This document shows, piece after piece, positions 47,581 to 55,774 of a stretch of DNA of 64,000 nucleotides. The stretch spans positions 108-64,107 of the forward strand of contig JAFDEI010000040.1 of assembly GCA_019310425.1 (NCBI GenBank). The letters run 5' to 3'. The notes beneath the pieces were generated by a model, which was given only the letters and a program-made list of their open reading frames with translations, searched no databases and had not been told where the DNA came from. A program made the position numbers and the translations under genes. The stretch is from Deltaproteobacteria bacterium. Lineage in GTDB: Bacteria > Myxococcota_A > UBA9160 > SMWR01. Numbering within the stretch: position 1 is the stretch's first letter; every line of letters begins with the position of its first letter.

Positions 47581-48783
47581 GTGAGAAAATTCGCGCTGGC
47601 CCTGACGACCGGGGTCGCGATGCTCGCCGCCTGCGTCGCGTACCTGCCGGAGCGCTACGCGGTCAACCTTCCGCTGCGCAGCCTTTTCGGGGGCGCCGGG
47701 GTGCCGCCCGAGGACGAATTCCGAAGCCGGATCGAGGTCCCGCCAGGTTTCGAGATCGGCATCTGGGCCTCCGACATCGCGGGCGCGCGCGGGCTGCGCT
47801 TCACCGAATTCGGCGAACTGCTCGTGAGCACCCCGAGCCGCGGCGAAATCCTGCGCCTCGACCGCGACGACGACGGCGACGGGCGATCGGACGGCCGGGA
47901 GGTGCTGCTGGCCGACCTCGATAGGCCCCACGGCATGGATCTGCGCGACGGTTGGCTCTATGTCGCCGAAACCGGTGCCGTCGGCCGGGTGCAGCTCGAC
48001 ACCACCCAGCGTGTCGCAATGGGCGAATACGAGCGCGTGGTCAGCGACCTCCCGAGCGGAGGCGCGCATTGGACCCGCACGATCCGCTTCGGGCCCGACG
48101 GCTGGATGTACCTCTCGATCGGCTCGAGCTGCAACGCCTGCATCGAAGACGACCCACGGCGTGCAGCGATCGTGCGTTACCGACCCGACGGCAGCGGCGA
48201 GCAGATCTTCGCCACTGGACTGCGCAACTCGGTCGGCTTCGACTGGCACCCGGTCACGGGCGCTCTCTACGCAAACGATAACGGCCGCGACCTGCTGGGC
48301 GATGACTTTCCGCCTTGTGAGCTCAACCAGGCAGTCGAAGGCGGCTTCTACGGATGGCCGTTCGCCAACGGTGCCAACATCCCCGACCCCGACCTCGGCG
48401 AGGGGAAGGCGGCGCGGATCGCCGAGGCGATCCCGCCGGTTCACGACTACCCCGCCCACAACGCCCCGCTCGGACTCACGTTCCTGCGCGGCGCCAAGCT
48501 GCCGCTGGCGTACCGCAACACGGCGCTATCGGCGCTGCACGGGTCGTGGAACCGCTCGAGCAAGGATGGTTACAAGGTGGTGTCGCTGCACTGGCACGAG
48601 GGCGGCGCAATCGAACAGCGGGACTTCGTGACCGGCTTCGAACGCGACGAGAACGTCATCGGCCGGCCGGTCGACATCGCCGAAGGTCCGGATGGCGCGA
48701 TCTACATCTCGGATGACTACGCCGGCGCAATCTACCGGGTCGTTCACCTGGGTTCGCGGCGAACGTTCGCGGTCGCGCGCTGA
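47581..48783 (+). CDS. PQQ-dependent sugar (glucose/sorbosone) dehydrogenase family beta-propeller protein, membrane-anchored or secreted
   Basis: GTG 47581 gives VRKFALALTTGVAMLAACVAY (signal/anchor). Then RPHGMDL, RFGPDGWMYLSIGSSCNAC, GLRNSVGFDWHP, GRDLLGDDFPPCELN, GGFYGWP and GRPVDIAEGPDGAIYISDD. Confidence 0.75.
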   Translation: MRKFALALTTGVAMLAACVAYLPERYAVNLPLRSLFGGAGVPPEDEFRSRIEVPPGFEIGIWASDIAGARGLRFTEFGELLVSTPSRGEILRLDRDDDGDGRSDGREVLLADLDRPHGMDLRDGWLYVAETGAVGRVQLDTTQRVAMGEYERVVSDLPSGGAHWTRTIRFGPDGWMYLSIGSSCNACIEDDPRRAAIVRYRPDGSGEQIFATGLRNSVGFDWHPVTGALYANDNGRDLLGDDFPPCELNQAVEGGFYGWPFANGANIPDPDLGEGKAARIAEAIPPVHDYPAHNAPLGLTFLRGAKLPLAYRNTALSALHGSWNRSSKDGYKVVSLHWHEGGAIEQRDFVTGFERDENVIGRPVDIAEGPDGAIYISDDYAGAIYRVVHLGSRRTFAVAR

Positions 48784-48826
48784 TGACGACTCTCCGGACG
48801 AATCGGGAATCGAGCGAGGACACTTA

Positions 48827-49633
48827 ATGCCGAAGACCGCGCTGATCCTGTCCTCGGGCCGGACCGGAACGCAGTTCCTGGCCCACTACTTCGACGCCAA
48901 CTATCACGACGTCGTCGCACTCCACGAACCGCCGCCCGCACGCTGGCTCCGCTTCGCGTCGCACGCCCACCTGCGTGGCTCGTTGTCCGACGACCGGATA
49001 CGCTCTCTGCTCGCGTGGAAACGCCGGCATTACGACGACCGACTCGACACGGACTTCTACATCGAGTCGAACCCGTTCCTGTCCGGACTCATCGACGTCA
49101 TCGGCAACGTCTGGGACGCGCCGATCGTGATCCACGTCGTGCGTGATCCGCGCGACGCCGTGCGTTCGTCGCTCAATCACGGGACGGGCAGCGGCTTCAA
49201 GGGCATCGCGAACCGGCTGATCCCGTTCTGGTATCCGGACGTTCGGCGGATCCTCGCACTCGACCACGCTCCCAGCTGGATCGAACACGCTGCGGGCGTC
49301 TGGGCGATCATGAACCAACGGCTCTGTGACGCGGCGCCGCGCTACCCCCACTACCACCGATTGCGTTACGAGGATCTCTTCGACGATTCACACTCGGGCC
49401 TGCGTGCGCTGTGCACGATCCTCGGGCTTCCGTATCGCGAGCGTGGAACCGCGGTGACTCCGGGGGCGCGCATGAACCAGAGCCGGCTTGCGGTGCTACC
49501 GGACTGGCGCGAATGGAACCAACAGCAGTGCCTTTCCCTCGACCGGATCTGCGCGCCGCTGATGCGCGAGTTCGGCTACGGCGACGAACCCGAATGGCGG
49601 GAACGCATCGCGCGAGGGACCGCCGATGGCTGA
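48827..49633 (+). CDS. sulfotransferase family protein
   Basis: ATG 48827 is preceded by GAGGA. LILSSGRTGTQFL is a 5'-phosphosulfate-binding P-loop-like motif, and HVVRDPRDAVRSSL is like the 3'-phosphate-binding motif RDPxDxxxS. Confidence 0.7.
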   Translation: MPKTALILSSGRTGTQFLAHYFDANYHDVVALHEPPPARWLRFASHAHLRGSLSDDRIRSLLAWKRRHYDDRLDTDFYIESNPFLSGLIDVIGNVWDAPIVIHVVRDPRDAVRSSLNHGTGSGFKGIANRLIPFWYPDVRRILALDHAPSWIEHAAGVWAIMNQRLCDAAPRYPHYHRLRYEDLFDDSHSGLRALCTILGLPYRERGTAVTPGARMNQSRLAVLPDWREWNQQQCLSLDRICAPLMREFGYGDEPEWRERIARGTADG

Positions 49634-50588
49634 CTCCGTCGCCGCCCCCCCGGCTGTGCCGACCGGCTGGCGTCGCTGGCTCGTCGCGGGGCTCACGATT
49701 GCGGCGCTGGTCGTGCTCGTGGCCTTCCTTGCCCGCAATCACCGCTACATCGCGGAGCATTGGGCGCTGCGCCCCGATGCCATCCTCGCGATCGCGCTGC
49801 TGACGGTTGCCACACTCGCACTGCGCGGTCTGGCAAACCGCGAGTTGTTCTCACGACTCGGGATCATCGCCTCGGCGAGCGACTGGTTCCAACTCGTCAC
49901 CGTAAGCTCATTTACCAACTACCTGCCGTTGTCCGCGGGCATGCTGGCCAAAGCCATCTTCCTGAAGCGCGTCCACCTACTGCCCTACGGCACGTTCGCA
50001 CTCGGGCAGCTCGCGCTGCTGGTCGTGATCATGTCGACCAACGGTGCAGTCGGACTCGCGACGCTGGGCCTTGCGTTTCCCGAACAACTCACGGGAATCG
50101 TCGGCACAGGCTTCGTGGTGATGATCGCTGCAGGCACGCTGATGTTCCTGCCCGAACCACTGCTGCGCCGAATCCCCGAGCGCTTATACGCCGCCACGAA
50201 AGACGGTGTGCCGCAGCTTCGCCGCGCGTGGCCGACAGTCGCCTTGCTCCAGTTCGGGATCCTGATGGCGTCCTCGGCGGGACTCGCGATCGCGTTCGAC
50301 ATGGGCGCCTCCGACATCGGTTTCGCGCCGTGCGTCATCTTCACCGCGGCATCGATGCTGACCCGTCTGTTTTCGATCACGCCGGGGGCGATCGGGATTC
50401 GCGAATTCCTGATCGGCGGCCTCGCCTATCTGACCGGATTCGAGTTGCGCGACGCCGTGATCGCGGCGACGGCGACGCGCACCGTCGAAGTCGCCGTCGT
50501 CTTCGTCCTCGGCGGTCTCTTCACGCGTCGCCTGTCCAGCCAGGTGGTCTCCTCGTACGACGAGCGAGAACCAGGTGGTGACTGTTAG
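49626..50588 (+). CDS. polytopic membrane protein, flippase-like / lysyl-PG-synthase-TM-region family (tentative)
   Basis: 320 aa with about 8 hydrophobic segments. 8-nt overlap with the sulfotransferase gene. Family assignment is by general resemblance only. Confidence 0.5.
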   Translation: MADSVAAPPAVPTGWRRWLVAGLTIAALVVLVAFLARNHRYIAEHWALRPDAILAIALLTVATLALRGLANRELFSRLGIIASASDWFQLVTVSSFTNYLPLSAGMLAKAIFLKRVHLLPYGTFALGQLALLVVIMSTNGAVGLATLGLAFPEQLTGIVGTGFVVMIAAGTLMFLPEPLLRRIPERLYAATKDGVPQLRRAWPTVALLQFGILMASSAGLAIAFDMGASDIGFAPCVIFTAASMLTRLFSITPGAIGIREFLIGGLAYLTGFELRDAVIAATATRTVEVAVVFVLGGLFTRRLSSQVVSSYDEREPGGDC

Positions 50589-50594
50589 GAGCCC

Positions 50595-50661
50595 GGAAAC
50601 ACCAAGTGTTCCCCGCAACAACGCGGAAGCCTTGGCCGCGCAGCAGCCGAAACGCAGCTAG
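50595..50661. repeat. intergenic repeat family, copy B (GGAAACAC-CAA-GTGTTCC hairpin plus core)
   Basis: Hairpin at 50595-50612, then ACGCGGAAGCCTTGGCCGCGCAGCAGCCGAAACGCAGCTAG (50621-50661). The terminal CTA is the stop codon of the minus-strand methyltransferase gene. Confidence 0.6.
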
Positions 50662-51491
50662 CGCTCGCGGCGAAGCACCAGGCCAACCACCGCAAGGTCG
50701 AAGAACGGTCGACCTATTCTTCCACGCAAGAGGTTGTGCAGCCCCGCGCGAGAGAAGAAGCGCCAGGGCAACGCTTCGGGCTGATTGCGCCGGAACCATT
50801 GGGTGCGCAGCACTTCGTCGGATCCGGAAAGAACCACTGGATCGAGGTACTTCGGGTTCGCGAACGCCGTCAGCGGAGTGAATTCCTCTTCGAGCAGCGC
50901 AATCATCCGCTTGGCTGATTCGACCGGGATGTCGCGGTCACCCGCGACCGAAACGTCGAAGGTGAGCAACAACGAGCCACCGATCTTCAGGCAGCGCCGA
51001 AACTCGCGCACGATTTCTGCCGGAGACTTCGTGTGCTCGAGCACGCTGATGCAGCAGAGGTAGTCGAAGGTCTCGTCCGCATAGGTCATCTTCGACAGGT
51101 CCTGCTCGGTAAACTCGATCGCTAGGTCGTGCTGCGCCGCGATTTCGTCGTATTTCGGCCCGATCGAAGCATCGAGATCACAGGCATCGACCTCGAAACC
51201 GCGCTGCGCAAGCAGCGGCGCGAAGAAACGGAAGCCGCTGCCCGCGTCGAGGATCCGTTTCCCCGAGGCCTGCGTCGGCAGATTCGCGAGTACGAACGGG
51301 TACTCCCACTGGCGGCTCCAATCGAAGCGTGCCTCACCCGTGAAAGTTTCGTTCTCCTGGAGGCAGATCCGCAGCATTCGCCGGAGTTCGGAACTCTCGA
51401 GATCGGCGTGCAGCGCAAAGCCGTTGCGGTTCGGAAATCCGGGATCGCCGCTGGACATGAGGGCTTCAGTTCTCCACGCCGTCGCGGACAT
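50658..51491 (-). CDS. class I SAM-dependent methyltransferase
   Basis: ILDAGSGFRFFAPLLAQRGFEVDACDLD (motif I and the acidic loop) and GGSLLLTFD. Alternative ATG at 51458 avoids the 26-nt overlap with the upstream gene. Confidence 0.75.
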   Translation of the reverse strand: MSATAWRTEALMSSGDPGFPNRNGFALHADLESSELRRMLRICLQENETFTGEARFDWSRQWEYPFVLANLPTQASGKRILDAGSGFRFFAPLLAQRGFEVDACDLDASIGPKYDEIAAQHDLAIEFTEQDLSKMTYADETFDYLCCISVLEHTKSPAEIVREFRRCLKIGGSLLLTFDVSVAGDRDIPVESAKRMIALLEEEFTPLTAFANPKYLDPVVLSGSDEVLRTQWFRRNQPEALPWRFFSRAGLHNLLRGRIGRPFFDLAVVGLVLRRER

Positions 51492-52563
51492 ACGCTAGAG
51501 CGGAATCGATGATGATGTCCGAAGGACGGTTCGGGTTCCCCGTCGGTGTCTGCCGATGGGCGTCGAAATGTAGCGTGAAGTCGCGGATTACACGCCGATC
51601 GTAATTCGACAGTACAACGTTCGCCCCCAGGCCCTCCTCGCGCTCGGTGGCCTTGCGCAGCAGAAGGCACGGTACGCCGAGATATGAGCTCTCCTCCTGG
51701 ATACTGCCGCCGTCCGTGACGACGAAGTCGGCGCGCTGAAGCAGCGCGAAGAAGTCGAAATAGGTGTAGCGGGGACGCAGTTCGATGCTCGGATTCTCGG
51801 CCAATCGCGCGCGCAGCCCGAAACGCTGGAGCTGAGCGTCTGTCGGCGGGTGCAGGATGAACAGACAGGGCTTCGTCTCGGCGATCTCTTCGAGGATCTC
51901 GATCAGCCGCACGAAACGGTCACGCCGGAAGATGTTTTCATAACGGTGGAGGCTCACGAGGGCGAACGGCTCGCTGGGCAGATGGTCACTGCGCAGCGGC
52001 ACACGCGCCGCGAGCGCGACGGTATCGGCGAGGGTGTTCGCGAAGGTATTCACTTTTTCGCGGCGGTAGGCTGCGACGTTGTCGATCGCCCACTGCCCCG
52101 GGCAATAGAGAACGTGGCTCAGACGAAATGTGAGAAGCCGCGTGATCTCCTCCGGGAACGGGTGGAAGATGTCGAACGATCGCAGCCCGGACTCGACATG
52201 TCCGACTCGCAGGCGGGCCACGCGACCCATCAATGCACCGAGAAGCGTCGAGAAGGTGTCGCCGTGCACGAGCACGATACCCCGTGCATCATCTCCGAAG
52301 ATCCTCTTTCGCGCGACCAGGCACTGGAACAGGATCCGAAGCAGCCACAGCGCCATCTGCGGCAGCGAAACGATGTCGCGACCCGAATGCAATACGATAT
52401 CCGGCTGTTCGAGCCCGAATTCCTCGAGCATCTCCGACATCGTGGCCTGATGCTGGCCGGTGTGAATGAAGCGGTACGGGACGTCGCGCTCCATCAGGCG
52501 CACCATTACCGGCGCCATCTTCACCAACTGAGCCTTCGTCCCCAGGACGATGTGAATCGTCAT
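51466..52563 (-). CDS. UDP-N-acetylglucosamine 2-epimerase-like protein
   Basis: MTIHIVLGTKAQLVKMAPVM, LVHGDTFSTLLGAL, GHVESGLRSFDIFHPFPEE and DGGSIQEESSYLGVPCLLLR, collinear with WecB/MnaA-type epimerases. Confidence 0.75.
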   Translation of the reverse strand: MTIHIVLGTKAQLVKMAPVMVRLMERDVPYRFIHTGQHQATMSEMLEEFGLEQPDIVLHSGRDIVSLPQMALWLLRILFQCLVARKRIFGDDARGIVLVHGDTFSTLLGALMGRVARLRVGHVESGLRSFDIFHPFPEEITRLLTFRLSHVLYCPGQWAIDNVAAYRREKVNTFANTLADTVALAARVPLRSDHLPSEPFALVSLHRYENIFRRDRFVRLIEILEEIAETKPCLFILHPPTDAQLQRFGLRARLAENPSIELRPRYTYFDFFALLQRADFVVTDGGSIQEESSYLGVPCLLLRKATEREEGLGANVVLSNYDRRVIRDFTLHFDAHRQTPTGNPNRPSDIIIDSALAYVRDGVEN

Positions 52564-52596
52564 CGTAGGCGCACGGACTCCGGCATTGCGACGAGT

Positions 52597-53622
52597 TCAA
52601 TCCCTCCGCGTCGTACGGCGGGCTCCGCGCTCGCGCTCGCGGTAGAGGAGTTCTTCCAGGTAGATCCGGTGCCGGTTCAGCATGTCGCCGATCAGCCCCG
52701 TGACGAAGACCAGCAACGCGAGCATGAGCCCGGCGGCGCCGGAGAAACCCGCCCACTTGTGAGGCGAGAACTGCCCGCTACCGAGATAGTGGATTCCGAG
52801 AAACGCGAGCAACCCGAGAGCGATGATCGCGAGCGAACCGGCAACCGAACCGAAGAAGAGCATCGGCCGATAGTCGCGGTAGCAGCGAAAGATGATGCCG
52901 CTGGTGTTGAGGGCGTAGCGCCAGAGGTTGTTCGCCACTCGACTCTCGCCGAATTCTCGCTCACCCCGCACGGCGACCGGCACCTCGACGATCCGCATCC
53001 GCTTGAACGCGAGATTCAGGAATACCTCCTGCGTATAGGTGAAGCGTCCGATCGGATTCAAGTTCAACGCGGCACGGCGGCTATAACATCGCATCCCGCA
53101 CGACACGTCGTAGAAAGTCTGGCCGGCGAGCCGCGACACGAGACGCGCCACGACGCCGTTGCCCCAGCGTTTCATGAACGGCATCTCGGGGATCAGCGCC
53201 GGGTCGCTGAAGCGCGAAGCACTCGCGAAATCGGCGCGCCCGCTCTGTACGGGTTCGACGAGCAACGGGATGTCTGCCGGGTCGAATTGGCCATCGGCAT
53301 CGATGGTCACCATGAAATCAGCGGCGACATCGATCGCATGGCGCAGTGCGGTGCCGAACGCAGCGCCGACGCCCTGGGGCGTCTCGTGGCGCAGTACCGT
53401 CGCCCCGGCGGCCTCGGCTTCCGCACCGGTACGATCACGGCTGCCGTCGTCGACGACCAGTATGTCGACGCGCGATATGCCCGGCAGATCTCGTGGGATC
53501 GCGCGAATCACCCCACCGACGGTCTTCTCCTCATCGAGGGCAGGCAGGACGACGAGCAGCACCAACCCCGGAGAGGCCGAAGGAGCGCGCGCGTCGGTCG
53601 GATCCGCGGGAGTGGCCATCAA
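52597..53622 (-). CDS. family 2 glycosyltransferase with C-terminal TM segments (polyprenyl-phosphate glycosyltransferase-like)
   Basis: LVVLPALDEEKTVGGVI, VVDDGSRDRT and TIDADGQFD (DxD). Two C-terminal hydrophobic helices, as in GtrB/ArnC/DPM-type enzymes. Confidence 0.8.
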   Translation of the reverse strand: MMATPADPTDARAPSASPGLVLLVVLPALDEEKTVGGVIRAIPRDLPGISRVDILVVDDGSRDRTGAEAEAAGATVLRHETPQGVGAAFGTALRHAIDVAADFMVTIDADGQFDPADIPLLVEPVQSGRADFASASRFSDPALIPEMPFMKRWGNGVVARLVSRLAGQTFYDVSCGMRCYSRRAALNLNPIGRFTYTQEVFLNLAFKRMRIVEVPVAVRGEREFGESRVANNLWRYALNTSGIIFRCYRDYRPMLFFGSVAGSLAIIALGLLAFLGIHYLGSGQFSPHKWAGFSGAAGLMLALLVFVTGLIGDMLNRHRIYLEELLYRERERGARRTTRRD

Positions 53623-53699
53623 TAGTGAGTATCGCGGGGAAAAGCGTTCATCGCATCCGGCAGGCCACCGGCAAGTCAGACGAGTCGGGCTCGGCAGGC

Positions 53700-54779
53700 T
53701 CAGAGCTCGAGCATCTGGGCGACCCGTTCACGCTGCCGGGTTGCGTCTCCGAGCCATGACTCGTCACTCTTTGCCCGCTTGAAGTACAGGTGGCAGTCGT
53801 ATTCCCAGGTAAAGCCGACTCCCCCGTGGATCTGGATGTTCTCCGCGGAGGCGTGGCGGTAGACATCATTCACGTAGGCTTTTGCCATCGCAGCCGTCAT
53901 CGGCGCCTCGTCGTTGGCTTCGGACGCCGCCCAGGCGGCGTAATAGGTGAGCGACTTCGCCGACTCGACCTCCAGCAGCATGTCGGCGCACTTGTGCTTG
54001 ATCGCCTGGTTGGTCTCCAGGCACTTCTCGGCGCCGCCGGTCATCTCGGCCGAGATCATCACGCGACCGCGATCCAGCACCCGCGCGATGGTCGAACCGG
54101 CGTCCGTATCGCCGCCCAGCAACGCCTCGGCAGGTAACGCAACGCCGTCGAACGACACGGCGTAGAGCGGGCGCAACAGGTCCATCGACGCCATCTCTTC
54201 GATCTCGACGCCGTCACTCGTGCGCGGCACCAGGAACAGTCCGAGGCCTTCCTCGTCCGGCGCACCGGTCTTCGCGACCACCACGAGCAGGTCTACGCTC
54301 GCGGCGTCCGGAACGAAGAGCTTGCGCCCATCGAGCCGCCAGCGGTCGCCGTCCATGCAAGCACGCAGGTTCAGGTCGGCAGACTCCTCGCTGCCGCGTT
54401 CTTCGGTGATCGCCAGCGTTCCCGTCACCCGGCCATCACAGATCTGCGACAGCCAGGCCTGCTGCTGCGCCTCGTCCCCGGCCTCGAGAATCGCGACCCC
54501 CGCGAGTACGGTCGGGATGAAAGGAACCGGCGCGAGTGAGCGGCCGAGTTCCTCCAGCACGACACAGAGTTCGACCATGCCCATCCCGGCGCCACCGACA
54601 CCCTCGGGGAATGCGAGACCGGGCCACCCCAGTTCAGCCATCCGCCGCCAGATCTCGAGCGCGGTATGCTCATCGCCTTCCATCACTTCGCGAACTCGCG
54701 TCATCGGCGCGCAGTCCACGAGGAAGTCGCGGGCGGTCTTGCGCAGCAGCTCCTGCTCTTCGCTGAAACCAAAGTTCAT
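53700..54779 (-). CDS. acyl-CoA dehydrogenase family protein (apparently lacking ~18-20 conserved residues in the C-terminal domain)
   Basis: MNFGFSEEQELLRKTARDFL, WRRMAELGWPGL, QAIKHKCADMLLEVESAKSL and IHGGVGFTWEYDCHLYFKRA. Between GGAEKCLE and QAIKHK the usual ...Y.K.R.QFG.PIG.F segment is missing. Confidence 0.8.
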   Translation of the reverse strand: MNFGFSEEQELLRKTARDFLVDCAPMTRVREVMEGDEHTALEIWRRMAELGWPGLAFPEGVGGAGMGMVELCVVLEELGRSLAPVPFIPTVLAGVAILEAGDEAQQQAWLSQICDGRVTGTLAITEERGSEESADLNLRACMDGDRWRLDGRKLFVPDAASVDLLVVVAKTGAPDEEGLGLFLVPRTSDGVEIEEMASMDLLRPLYAVSFDGVALPAEALLGGDTDAGSTIARVLDRGRVMISAEMTGGAEKCLETNQAIKHKCADMLLEVESAKSLTYYAAWAASEANDEAPMTAAMAKAYVNDVYRHASAENIQIHGGVGFTWEYDCHLYFKRAKSDESWLGDATRQRERVAQMLEL

Positions 54780-54881
54780 CGAACCCTCAGGGGCACATTC
54801 ATGGTTTCTGACACTCTATCAGATTCTCGAATCCCGGGTCAATCTAGCGGAGCCGAATTCGATGCCTGCTACAGTGCCGCC

Positions 54882-55694
54882 ATGCGCCCGCTGCGAACAA
54901 GAAAGATGCCGTGGTGGACGGTGGTATTAGCAGTGTGGTTGCTCGTGGCCGGAACCGCCGCAGCCGAATCGGCACTACGCCTGCCTTACCCCGACAAATT
55001 CGGACTCATTCCCGCGTCGACCTACGACACGAACTACAACCGTGTCGGCGACGCGCATCTCGTGCTGGAAAACCTGAGCGAGAACCGGGTTCGTATCGTC
55101 GTCGAGAGCGGAATCGACGGCGGCGCACGCACGATCGCGACGGCAGAACTCGAGCCGATCGAAGACGGCCGCTTCCTCCGACTGCTCAGGCAGGAGTCGC
55201 GTTCGATCGACGCCGAAGGCGTCCCCCTCGGCGTGTTGACGATCGATCATCAGAATGGCGTTGCCAGCTGCGAGAAGGGTGGAAGCGGAGACGTGAAGAC
55301 CCAACGGCTGACGCTTCCCGATCAAGATCGGGTCGCGAATGTCCCACTGAACCTGCTCTTCCAACCGCTGGTCGATGGCAGCACGGATCGATTGAATTTC
55401 CAGCTGCTGCTGTGCCGCTTCGGAGCCCGCCTGATCGACATCGACGCGCGCGTCGTGTCGAAGGAAGGCGATTCGCCAAACATGAGGCGATTCATCGAGG
55501 TCGAGTACCAGCCGAATTTCGGGAAATTCGTATCCCTCATCGCGCAGAACCTGATGCCACGACTGTCGGTCTGGTTCGACCCACGCACGTCCAACTCGTG
55601 GATCGCGCACCGCGTGCCGCTCTACTCGAAAGGCCCCGAGGTGCTCGTGATCCGCGACGCCATCGCGGACGCCTGGCTCGCGCAGCGCAATTAG
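54882..55694 (+). CDS. secreted protein of unknown function
   Basis: ATG 54882 gives MRPLRTRKMPWWTVVLAVWLLVAGTAAAES (signal peptide). No family recognised by eye. Confidence 0.55.
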   Translation: MRPLRTRKMPWWTVVLAVWLLVAGTAAAESALRLPYPDKFGLIPASTYDTNYNRVGDAHLVLENLSENRVRIVVESGIDGGARTIATAELEPIEDGRFLRLLRQESRSIDAEGVPLGVLTIDHQNGVASCEKGGSGDVKTQRLTLPDQDRVANVPLNLLFQPLVDGSTDRLNFQLLLCRFGARLIDIDARVVSKEGDSPNMRRFIEVEYQPNFGKFVSLIAQNLMPRLSVWFDPRTSNSWIAHRVPLYSKGPEVLVIRDAIADAWLAQRN

Positions 55695-55714
55695 CCGCTC
55701 ACGAGGCTAGAACG

Positions 55715-55738
55715 CCGGAAACACGAAGTGTTTCCCGG
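55715..55738. repeat. GGAAACAC-GAA-GTGTTTCC hairpin (same module as 50595-50612); terminator candidate between convergent genes
   Basis: Perfect 8-bp stem with a GAA loop at 55717-55735, extendable by flanking CC/GG with one bulge. Lies 21 nt after the plus-strand stop at 55694. Confidence 0.55.
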
Positions 55739-55774
55739 GGACGGACGCGCCGGATACCGCTGCCCTGCGCGCCA

